IMG/VR virus record: IMGVR_UViG_2595698619_000001
Location: 38,106-102,105 of that record
DNA: 64,000 bases
Source: a virus
Taxonomy: Duplodnaviria > Caudoviricetes
Strand: one strand, 5' to 3'
The first letter of the stretch is position 1; each line of letters opens with the position of its first letter. Below the pieces are notes generated by a model. That model was not told the origin of the DNA. It did no database searches and saw only the letters and a list, made by a program, of their open reading frames with translations. Below, piece after piece: positions 56,513 through 64,000 of the stretch. Position numbers and translations under genes: made by a program.

Positions 56513-57355
56513 ATGAGCTACGAGATTCCCGACGTTGGAAGCACGGTGCGGTTCAAGTACGAGCAGAACCCGGAGAGCGACTACGGGCCCACGCACGGAC
56601 GCGGTGAGGTTACGGGCACGGCGGAGGACGGCATGGTTCAAGTCGACGACGACCGTGACCGTGATATAGTCATCAACCTCGAGAAGGAGGAGGTCGTCAT
56701 GTTCCGCGAGCGTTCGCGTGGCGACACGGAGGAGTACGTCTACGACCTGGTCGAGTGTCGTGAGGAGACGGTGTCTGACCACCTCATCGACTCGGACGAC
56801 CTGTACGACAACTCCGAGAAGTACACCGACGACCTGGACGACGTGAGCGGAGCAATCGCTCGCGCCAACGCAGCAATCGGAGTCGTTCACCGCGAGAGCG
56901 ATGCTGACTTCGTCAGTCAGTACGACGCTTGGAAAGCGGCGGACGTGTACGAGAACGGAATCCAGCAGCGTCTCGACGCTCACAACGAGACCGACTACGG
57001 TGTGTCCGACCGCGCGACCATCGTCTTCCCGGACGAGGCGCTCGCCTACATCTGGGTCGAGGAAATCTGTGGTCAGATTTCCGACGGCGCGTGGGAGAAT
57101 CAGGTCCGTGACTGGGAGCAGTACTACGGAGCGAAGGTCGAAGTCGACGAGGACCTGCGGAACGTTCGCGTTGACGGTGACCTGCCCACGCTCGACTTCC
57201 GCGGGGAGCTGATGAAGTACGAGGGCCTCGCCGGGCGCATGATGTTCTACGTCGTCGCCTCGGGCGTTGACGAGGACCTCGACCGCGGAGACCTGGACGA
57301 GCTCATCACCATGCGTCTCCAAAACGGTTTTGCTGACTCGCGCGTGAAGGCATGA
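56513..57355 (+). CDS. hypothetical protein
   Basis: Acidic ORF with GQISDGAWEN motif. Confidence 0.7.
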   Translation: MSYEIPDVGSTVRFKYEQNPESDYGPTHGRGEVTGTAEDGMVQVDDDRDRDIVINLEKEEVVMFRERSRGDTEEYVYDLVECREETVSDHLIDSDDLYDNSEKYTDDLDDVSGAIARANAAIGVVHRESDADFVSQYDAWKAADVYENGIQQRLDAHNETDYGVSDRATIVFPDEALAYIWVEEICGQISDGAWENQVRDWEQYYGAKVEVDEDLRNVRVDGDLPTLDFRGELMKYEGLAGRMMFYVVASGVDEDLDRGDLDELITMRLQNGFADSRVKA

Positions 57356-57591
57356 CAACGATGAGCCTTCGCTCGTTCGTCTCGCGCGTGTCTGCGCGTC
57401 TGAGGCGTTCCAAGCCGTGCGGGTGCGTTTACCCGGTCGGTGCAGGAAACGTCGGCGTGCCCGAAGCACACCGCGTAGATGACCGCGTGACGGATGATGG
57501 CGAGTACATCGTCGAGTATCGCTGTGACAACTGCGAGGACACGTTCGAGCTAAGTAAGGGTGCGCTTCTGGAGCGCGACCTTAACGAGTAA
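57352..57591 (+). CDS. small zinc-binding protein
   Basis: CGC and CDNC; ATGA overlap. Confidence 0.55.
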   Translation: MTTMSLRSFVSRVSARLRRSKPCGCVYPVGAGNVGVPEAHRVDDRVTDDGEYIVEYRCDNCEDTFELSKGALLERDLNE

Positions 57592-57622
57592 CGAACGACA
57601 ACTCCTTTTCGAGGCGCAAGAG

Positions 57623-57814
57623 ATGACAGACAGAGACATCATGGTCAGGAACGATGCTGGCCAGTTCGAGGAGGTTGAACAGGATGCCCTCGCGGACGAG
57701 CTCATCGCTGAGCGATACGGGTACACGACCGAAGAAATCGAGGACATGATAGAACAGTACGAGAAGGACGCGACGGGCGGGATATTCGGGAGGCTGTTCG
57801 GACGATGGGACTGA
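57623..57814 (+). CDS. small hypothetical protein
   Basis: Acidic; ends GGIFGRLFGRWD. Confidence 0.55.
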   Translation: MTDRDIMVRNDAGQFEEVEQDALADELIAERYGYTTEEIEDMIEQYEKDATGGIFGRLFGRWD

Positions 57815-57987
57815 AACTGGACGCGGGTGCCGGTGAGAAACTGGACGAGATTATCGAGGCGCTCGATGAGATTGGCGTTGACGTGTACGACGTGGACCAC
57901 GTCGAGTGTGCGGAGAAACCCATCGGTGGCCTCGGCACTCGCTACGAAGCAGACCTCTACGTTCAGTGGGAGGCAGACGATGACTGA
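57805..57987 (+). CDS. small hypothetical protein
   Basis: Acidic; operon packing. Confidence 0.5.
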   Translation: MGLKLDAGAGEKLDEIIEALDEIGVDVYDVDHVECAEKPIGGLGTRYEADLYVQWEADDD

Positions 57988-58243
57988 CGCCAAGGAGGTC
58001 GCGTTCGACGCCCTGCGTGAGATGTACGAGGAGGCAGAACCTCCTCTTGACTTCGACGACGCTCTCGAGAATCCCGACGACTACGATGCCGAGTGGTATC
58101 TCGACCACGAGCTTCCTCACGAGCGACAGGAAGAAATCGTTGACGAGCATCTCGAGAAGCACAACCTCAGCAAGCATCAGGAGACGCAGGTAACGATGAC
58201 TGCGATTCTCCACTACGGGCCATCGACTCCTGACGATGAGTGA
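57980..58243 (+). CDS. small hypothetical protein
   Basis: Start MTDAKE; SD ggagg. Confidence 0.55.
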   Translation: MTDAKEVAFDALREMYEEAEPPLDFDDALENPDDYDAEWYLDHELPHERQEEIVDEHLEKHNLSKHQETQVTMTAILHYGPSTPDDE

Positions 58244-58430
58244 GATGGACCTTCGCCTGAACTGTACGCGGTGCGGGTCGTTCGAGGAGTACGAGACAGG
58301 CGACAAGAGCAGTATCGTCTACTGCGAGGAGTGCGGGAAGAAGCACTCGGATGCTTCCGTGCACTTCGTAGATATCAATCGCCGGTACGAGCGCGACGAG
58401 GCAGGAAATCTCCTGGAGGACGTACTGTGA
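58236..58430 (+). CDS. zinc-ribbon microprotein
   Basis: CTRCG...CEECG. Confidence 0.6.
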   Translation: MSEMDLRLNCTRCGSFEEYETGDKSSIVYCEECGKKHSDASVHFVDINRRYERDEAGNLLEDVL

Positions 58431-58813
58431 ATATCATCCAGCAAGCAATCGACTACGTCACTGGCGTGGAGGAAGAACAAGAACATCGAGGCAGGACACA
58501 ATCGCCTTTCGGTCCTCGTCGAGTCGACTCTGACGGCAACGCGAACAGTCAGTGGAGATTCGGCGCGAACCGCATGACGGACATGGCGTGCAAGGTCGCA
58601 GACGAACTGTCGTGGTGGTACGACGAGCAGGAGGAGCAGTTCGTCGTTCGGAACAACGAGTACGACATGGAGAGGCGGGAGGACGAACTGTGGCGCGCTA
58701 TGTGGATTCTCGAGCGAGACATCCGCGTGGAACACGGGACGAAGTGGCACAGCGTGGACGAACGCGGAGAATTCCCGCCTGCACCTGAACCCATCGAGGA
58801 GGAAGACGCATGA
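58427..58813 (+). CDS. hypothetical protein
   Basis: GTG start overlapping the previous stop. Confidence 0.55.
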   Translation: MNIIQQAIDYVTGVEEEQEHRGRTQSPFGPRRVDSDGNANSQWRFGANRMTDMACKVADELSWWYDEQEEQFVVRNNEYDMERREDELWRAMWILERDIRVEHGTKWHSVDERGEFPPAPEPIEEEDA

Positions 58814-59247
58814 TAACATCAACAGTCAAAGCGTCTGTGTACGACGCTGATGGGAGTATCGTCTACGTCGCTGATGGCGACGTGTTCTACCCAGTCGGAG
58901 AGAAGAAGATGAAGCACGTTCGGAAGAATCAGACGTTCTACCATCGAGGTGAGGTCTATACTCTGACGGGCGACCGGCATGGGACGTTCCTCAGCGAAGG
59001 CGCTACGCCTGGTGGAAGGTACTTGGGAACGACTCCACTTGACTTCACTGAGGTTGTCGTTCTCGAACCCGCGGACGAGATATCTACACAGGAGAAAATC
59101 AGTTGTCAGGCGTGCCACAAGACGTTCTCGATGAGCAGTGATGGTCCTCGGTATGCCGAGGAGGCGCGTGAGCATATCGCAGACAGACATATCGAGAACG
59201 GCGAACCCGACCGTGCGCTCGTTGACGAACTACTCGTCCGAGAATGA
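58810..59247 (+). CDS. hypothetical protein with C2H2-like finger
   Basis: CQAC...H....H. Confidence 0.55.
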   Translation: MITSTVKASVYDADGSIVYVADGDVFYPVGEKKMKHVRKNQTFYHRGEVYTLTGDRHGTFLSEGATPGGRYLGTTPLDFTEVVVLEPADEISTQEKISCQACHKTFSMSSDGPRYAEEAREHIADRHIENGEPDRALVDELLVRE

Positions 59248-59453
59248 GCAGGCGTCCCGGGCCCCGTAAATCGGTCAGCCTGCACGAGGACGACCTGCTC
59301 TTCATCGTCGTCTGGTTCTTCGAGTCGCTGTTCTACCTCATCGGCGGCGAGAATATCGTCACGGTCATCGGCATGTACGTGCTGATTGGCGTCTGCCTGT
59401 TCAACGCCTTCCTGTGCGCACGTCAGTGGAAAAGGTACGGTCGCTATTCTTAG
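59244..59453 (+). CDS. small two-TM membrane protein
   Basis: Two hydrophobic segments with basic termini. Confidence 0.55.
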   Translation: MSRRPGPRKSVSLHEDDLLFIVVWFFESLFYLIGGENIVTVIGMYVLIGVCLFNAFLCARQWKRYGRYS

Positions 59454-60094
59454 GACGAGAAGAACGTTTCGACGCTCGGCGGAGCATCGTCGTCCTCATC
59501 ATGCAGGCGCGTTCCGTGCGCACCTGCGTCTCCCTGGTACTTCCCATCGTAGGGGTCAGACGCTGCCTCGTTCATCTCGTGGAACGCGAGTTGGCAGAAT
59601 CGCTGACCGACGTACAGCTTGATGGGCGTGTCCGTCTGGTTGCAGAGTTCGAGCGTGATTTGTCCGTGGAACCCAGGGTCGATGTACCCGCCGAGGTGCG
59701 GGTCAACACCGAGACGAGCCCAGGACGAGCGTCCATGCACGACTCCCACCACGTCGTCAGGAATCCTCACAGCCTCCTGTGTGTGCGCGAGAACGAAGTC
59801 GTGCGCTCCCAGGATGAACGACTCACCTTCCTGTAGGCGAACGTGTCTCTCGGTCGTCTCTTCGTCTCTCGGGTCCCTGTGGGCAGGGTCAACGTTCGAG
59901 AACGGAATCCTCGACAGGACACCGTGCTTGACTCGTTCCCAGAGCGAAGGTCGCTTCAGCACTTTGAACTCTCGTCCGAGTCGCAGGTCATACGACGCGG
60001 GTTGGAGATTCGTCTCGTCGTAAGGTGAGATGTCGAGGTCGTCCTCGTGGTAGTGGATTCTCGAAGCAATCTCGTGGTCGGCCAGCGCCATCAT
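59450..60094 (-). CDS. dcd: dCTP deaminase
   Basis: LQPASYDLRLG, GRSSWARLG, IDPGFHGQITLE, Y.GKYQG. Confidence 0.92.
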   Translation of the reverse strand: MMALADHEIASRIHYHEDDLDISPYDETNLQPASYDLRLGREFKVLKRPSLWERVKHGVLSRIPFSNVDPAHRDPRDEETTERHVRLQEGESFILGAHDFVLAHTQEAVRIPDDVVGVVHGRSSWARLGVDPHLGGYIDPGFHGQITLELCNQTDTPIKLYVGQRFCQLAFHEMNEAASDPYDGKYQGDAGAHGTRLHDEDDDAPPSVETFFSS

Positions 60095-60192
60095 ATCATA
60101 TCATGGGAGCGTCGGATAAAATACTCGCGTCCTAAGAATACTCGCACGTCTGGATACGGAGGTAAAGGTACGGAGAGGAGTGATACGCACGT

Positions 60193-60522
60193 ATGACGAC
60201 AGGACTACTACTGCTCGCCGCTCACCTTCTCGGTGACTTCCCACTACAGCCGAGATGGATGGCGCGAGAGAAAATAGATGATGTAGGCGTCCGGTTCGTT
60301 CATGTCGTCATCCATGCACTCTTGGTAGTCACGTTCCTCGAACTATCAGGGGTGGGACCGGGCATACCTTCGCCGTTCTACGGTGCCTACACAGCGTCAC
60401 ACTTCCTCATCGACTCGCGTCGGTGGGTCGAACCTCGAGACGACTTCCCGACGTGGCAGTACGTCGTTGACCAGATACTGCACGTCACAGCAATCGCCTG
60501 GTGCTCGGTGTTGTTCTTATGA
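60193..60522 (+). CDS. DUF3307-like membrane protein
   Basis: AHLLGDFPLQ, H..IH, HFLID, DQILH. Confidence 0.75.
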   Translation: MTTGLLLLAAHLLGDFPLQPRWMAREKIDDVGVRFVHVVIHALLVVTFLELSGVGPGIPSPFYGAYTASHFLIDSRRWVEPRDDFPTWQYVVDQILHVTAIAWCSVLFL

Positions 60523-60752
60523 CTGATGGCATCTCGAGACGTGAACTGAAGAAAGCAATCGAGGAGGCGAGCGAGAATATGGCTCGTTCAGCGTGGCAGG
60601 ACGCGACTATCAGCGTCTCGAAGGATACGCATGACGCCTTACGGAAGGAAGCAGGTCTCGACCCGTCACATCCGGGTATGAGTGGGACGATACCCGCTCC
60701 AACGAGTTCTGGGACAGGAGGATGCCATGGTGACGGCGAACGACAAGCATGA
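60519..60752 (+). CDS. small hypothetical protein, possibly frameshifted
   Basis: ATGA overlap; the -1 frame of the tail reads GYEWDDTRSNEFWDRRMPW. Confidence 0.5.
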   Translation: MTDGISRRELKKAIEEASENMARSAWQDATISVSKDTHDALRKEAGLDPSHPGMSGTIPAPTSSGTGGCHGDGERQA

Positions 60753-60930
60753 CCTGTACTACTGTCGTCAGTGTGTCGCGCTATATCACTGCGGCTCGTC
60801 GCGCATGATGGAGGAGGAGCATATGGCAGAGGAGCATCCAGGCTACCCAGGCAGTTGGGACCACTTCGAGTACGAGATGAGAGATTTCCAAGAGAGATTC
60901 TGGGACGCATACGGTGAACGACGATGGTGA
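60727..60930 (+). CDS. FW-motif microprotein (Cys/His finger)
   Basis: Ends ERFWDAYGERRW. Confidence 0.55.
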   Translation: MVTANDKHDLYYCRQCVALYHCGSSRMMEEEHMAEEHPGYPGSWDHFEYEMRDFQERFWDAYGERRW

Positions 60931-61097
60931 GAACATACGGCGGTCGAGAGGCAGAGGGAGCGCAAGGCGCGACGTTCGCGCCTGAGATGTCCGAGGTCAT
61001 CTACTGGACACAGTTCCGCGAGCGTAAGTTCTGGGACAGGTACATGGAGGACCTGGAAATCGTCCTCGACGTGAAGAGGAAATACGACCGACTATGA
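60924..61097 (+). CDS. FW-motif microprotein
   Basis: Hand translation; contains ERKFWDRYM. Confidence 0.5.
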   Translation: MVRTYGGREAEGAQGATFAPEMSEVIYWTQFRERKFWDRYMEDLEIVLDVKRKYDRL

Positions 61098-61285
61098 TGA
61101 CTTACTACTGCCCGGCGTGTCGAGAATCGTTCCGTGCGGGTCATATCAACGCGAGTCAGAAGGCAGCAGAGCACCTGATGGAGCACGAGGAGGACGTGCG
61201 TGACCTCATCACCATCTCCCCGAAGGCGTATCTGACCAAGCACCTGCGCGAGGAACGATACTGGGACGAGAGGTGGTCAGGATGA
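61094..61285 (+). CDS. FW-motif microprotein (C2H2-like)
   Basis: CPAC...H...H; ends EERYWDERWSG. Confidence 0.55.
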   Translation: MMTYYCPACRESFRAGHINASQKAAEHLMEHEEDVRDLITISPKAYLTKHLREERYWDERWSG

Positions 61286-61473
61286 AGCTCGACATGGGAT
61301 ACTGCCCGAAGTGCAACTGTACGACCGAGAACCACGACCTCGCTCACGTACACGAGGAACACTTCGGTGAGAGCCCACAAATCCTCGGGTTGCTCCCTAT
61401 GTGGTACAACTCTGACCACTCGGGCCCGCAGCGTGCAGGAGAATTCTGGGCGCGGAGGTTGACGTATGTCTGA
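61282..61473 (+). CDS. FW-motif microprotein
   Basis: CPKC; ends GEFWARRLTYV. Confidence 0.55.
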   Translation: MKLDMGYCPKCNCTTENHDLAHVHEEHFGESPQILGLLPMWYNSDHSGPQRAGEFWARRLTYV

Positions 61474-61621
61474 GCAATCGTTCGCTGACGAAGTACGCGA
61501 ACCTGAGACACCGTCTGCACTCGCGGAAATCATGCAGCAGCGTAGCCTCGAGAACATCTTCCTCGCGTGGCAACCGCGACGTGACGACTTCTGGAGGTGC
61601 TACTGGGATGAGCGCGTCTGA
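61466..61621 (+). CDS. FW-motif microprotein
   Basis: Hand translation; ends RRDDFWRCYWDERV. Confidence 0.5.
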   Translation: MSEQSFADEVREPETPSALAEIMQQRSLENIFLAWQPRRDDFWRCYWDERV

Positions 61622-61769
61622 CTCGTACATCGTCATGGGGACGAACGGATATATTGAACCTCGTAACTGGCTTCACCACCGTGACCATGACCTCGAAGAG
61701 GAAGCACGTCATGCGTACTGGGTGGAACATCTCGAGGAGGCGTTCTGGAGGTCGTGGCATGACGCCTGA
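61608..61769 (+). CDS. FW-motif microprotein
   Basis: Ends EEAFWRSWHDA. Confidence 0.5.
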   Translation: MSASDSYIVMGTNGYIEPRNWLHHRDHDLEEEARHAYWVEHLEEAFWRSWHDA

Positions 61770-61869
61770 GGAACTGAGACATATGTGGCTACGGCAGCAC
61801 TGGGACGTGCCTCCCACGACTTCACGCAAAGAAGAATTCTGGGAGCGATATATGAGGACGAAACGATGA
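61759..61869 (+). CDS. FW-motif microprotein
   Basis: Ends KEEFWERYMRTKR. Confidence 0.5.
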   Translation: MTPEELRHMWLRQHWDVPPTTSRKEEFWERYMRTKR

Positions 61870-62006
61870 ACGAAGTACAGGGAGTTCGTCTGAGTGATGA
61901 GAGGACGTGGGAGGATTCTCGAGTGTCGTTCCAAGCGGGTCGTCACTACGTAGAGATAGTTCCTCGTCAACGTGAGTTCTGGGACAGTCGACTCGGCCAA
62001 GAGTGA
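61866..62006 (+). CDS. FW-motif microprotein
   Basis: Ends QREFWDSRLGQE. Confidence 0.5.
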   Translation: MNEVQGVRLSDERTWEDSRVSFQAGRHYVEIVPRQREFWDSRLGQE

Positions 62007-62027
62007 CGTGTCTCTGGAGGTGTAGTG

Positions 62028-62035
62028 TTTTAAGT
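62028..62035 (+). promoter_or_regulatory. putative archaeal TATA box (leaderless transcript)
   Basis: ttttaagt 24-31 nt upstream of the ATG at 62059. Confidence 0.5.
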
Positions 62036-62058
62036 GTCCATTACAAATGCTGTAATGT

Positions 62059-62538
62059 ATGCCCGAAAACATACAAGAAGTTGACCCGATGACCGACGAG
62101 GAGATATGGAAGCTGAAGAAGGAGCTTCAGGAGGAGACGTTACTGAGCCCGCAGGAAGCTCGTATCGTCGCGTTGATGACCGAGAAGAACCGTCAGGAAA
62201 TCTGTAACGAGATGGACATCAGCGTCGGGCAGTTCGACTCGATAAAGCACGGTCGAATACCAAAGAAGTTCGAGCATGCAGAGAATACCGTGGAGATGCT
62301 TGAAGGACGCCTGTTCATCCCTGAGGAGAACGTCGCAGACACCGATGCTCATGCGTTCGTAGGATGCTCAGGTCCTGACTGCCCGGAGGACGTGGATACA
62401 GCGACGCGGAATCCTCTGTTCAACGATTACTACTCGAAGACCATCAACGTCCACAGTGATGACCGACGACAGGGGTTCGAGCGTACACTTCACTTCTGCT
62501 CCGTGGAGTGCTTGCAGGAATACAATCGTCACCTGTAG
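62059..62538 (+). CDS. HTH transcriptional regulator-like protein
   Basis: LSPQEARIVAL...RQEICNEMDIS; C-terminal C....C and FCSVEC. Confidence 0.6.
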   Translation: MPENIQEVDPMTDEEIWKLKKELQEETLLSPQEARIVALMTEKNRQEICNEMDISVGQFDSIKHGRIPKKFEHAENTVEMLEGRLFIPEENVADTDAHAFVGCSGPDCPEDVDTATRNPLFNDYYSKTINVHSDDRRQGFERTLHFCSVECLQEYNRHL

Positions 62539-62540
62539 AA

Positions 62541-63128
62541 ATGCCATACACGAAAGAGGAATCGGTTGAGATACTATCGACTGTGTACGAAAAACATGAG
62601 GAAATCTCCTCTGCGTCGCTTGAGCAAGAAGGAGTGCCGACGACAGCAGTATACGATGTTTTCGACTCGTTACGAGAAGCTGAGATGGAGGTAGGAGGTG
62701 AATTAGAGTTTGAGTGTGGTGAGTGTGGGCGTGTTTTCGAGGACAGACAGAAGTATGGGTATCATGTGAAGCGAAGTAGTCATACCCGGGAGAAAAGAAT
62801 GAAGCGCGCTCGTGAGGAAATAGGAAACGTCGAGTGCGAGTGTCTCGTCTACGTTCTCCGTATTGAAAGAGCACCTGACGAGAAAGAATTCTTGTACGTT
62901 GGACGAACCGTCAACCCATACGCTCGTCTGTCTGAGCACTTTCGTGGTCGGACGAAGATGGTGCAACCTACACCTGATGGGATACTCGAGAAGCAGAATT
63001 ACTCGGTTGTCGAGGTTGTTGAAACGATACCGTGTAGTGATTCTGAGCATGGACGCGAAGTCGAACGTAAGACGCTTCTCAGAAAAGCAATCGAGCATGA
63101 AACAACGGACGTTCTTGGCGGGAAGTGA
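62541..63128 (+). CDS. GIY-YIG nuclease with C2H2 finger
   Basis: VYVL...YVGRT.N..ARL.EH, E.E. Confidence 0.7.
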   Translation: MPYTKEESVEILSTVYEKHEEISSASLEQEGVPTTAVYDVFDSLREAEMEVGGELEFECGECGRVFEDRQKYGYHVKRSSHTREKRMKRAREEIGNVECECLVYVLRIERAPDEKEFLYVGRTVNPYARLSEHFRGRTKMVQPTPDGILEKQNYSVVEVVETIPCSDSEHGREVERKTLLRKAIEHETTDVLGGK

Positions 63129-63261
63129 CTCGTCCTCATCGGCAGGCTACAGAGATATAAAAGGTAAAAAGCTCTTACGGTTCACAGGTGCTGTCTCTGA
63201 CGATGGCGCGCAGCGCCGATACATCGTAGGCACCATGGACGGGAACGCAGAGAGCAACCGA

Positions 63262-63393
63262 TGCTCTTCGTCTCTCCGCACGTCTCCATCAACGGCGTCC
63301 ACAGGAGCATGAACAGGGCCATCAACAGGTACATCGAGAGGTACGTGTACGAAGCCATGGAACGCATGAGACACGGGAATAACGAGAGATAGG
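63262..63393 (+). CDS. possible 43-aa helical peptide
   Basis: MLFVSPHVSINGVHRSMNRAINRYIERYVYEAMERMRHGNNER, encoded by 12-nt periodic DNA. Confidence 0.3.
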
Positions 63394-64000
63394 GAGAATA
63401 TAGCAGGCATACACGTATTCTCCTGTTCTCTGGGGGCGGACGCTGAGCACTAGAGCGTGTTCTCGACCGTGGGCACCCGGGCGTACACGTCGAACGGCTT
63501 GATTTCTCGCGCCACCCGGCTCGCCCTCAAGAACGGCGAGAGACGCCACCGAGACCACGCAGACGTCCTCCACGTCGAGACCGGTTTCCCCCTGGTTTTT
63601 CGGGGTTGGTGCGCACCGGGAGCTTGATATTCTCACGCCCCTGTGTCTACCCAGAGAGCGGGGTCTCTGCCGCTATCTCCCCGTTCATTCTCGGCCATGT
63701 GAGACCGGCGAGAGAGACGATTCTCGAGGGCAGGAACGACGAAGAAGCTTGATTCTCTACGTGCGAGAATCTCTGCTGTCTCCACGTCAGAGACCGGGGT
63801 ATATGCAGGGTATCTGTGTGTCTGCTACAGAGGGATTTCTGCTGTGCTGCTGATGCTGCTGTGCGACGACGACGTCTCCATGAACAGGTAGCAGGAAGAC
63901 TCATAGACGGGGTTCTCTACGCGGAGACACAGAGGATTCTCGAACGTGCGCGACGATGGTCCCTTCTATTCCGAAACCTCCCCAGGACGGATATTTGGAT

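Noticed and set aside
60700-62006. Possible CRISPR-like array from the recurring ttctggg
   Set aside because: Conserved core is only 6-10 nt, spacing is irregular (roughly 100-230 nt) and the intervals are coding

Overview
64 kb segment of a lytic haloarchaeal tailed virus genome (siphovirus-type, HK97-like head, strongly acidic proteome). Gene content and order resemble HVTV-1/HCTV-type haloviruses; this is from recall and was not searched. Layout: (1) 1-19.5 kb, minus strand: 7-deazaguanine pathway (queE partial, queD, queC, queF), a Dam-family MTase and a complete replication/recombination set (RFC-L, RFC-S, PolB, primase, PCNA-like clamp, Cas4-like nuclease, TMK, Sak4-like ATPase). (2) 19.8-54.3 kb, mostly plus strand: RadA, then packaging, head and tail genes interleaved with homing endonucleases. 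(3) 54.3-64 kb: small accessory genes. The most notable observations are a modular head-cargo system (shared peptide modules joined to ART, Zeta-like kinase and ParB domains, with a nested out-of-frame ORF), a shared C-terminal (V/P)L(D/G/S)(F/Y/W) tail on six replication-region proteins, and an array of unrelated microproteins sharing an (F/Y)W-(D/E/R/A) motif near their C-termini. All calls come from reading motifs by eye; no searches were run.
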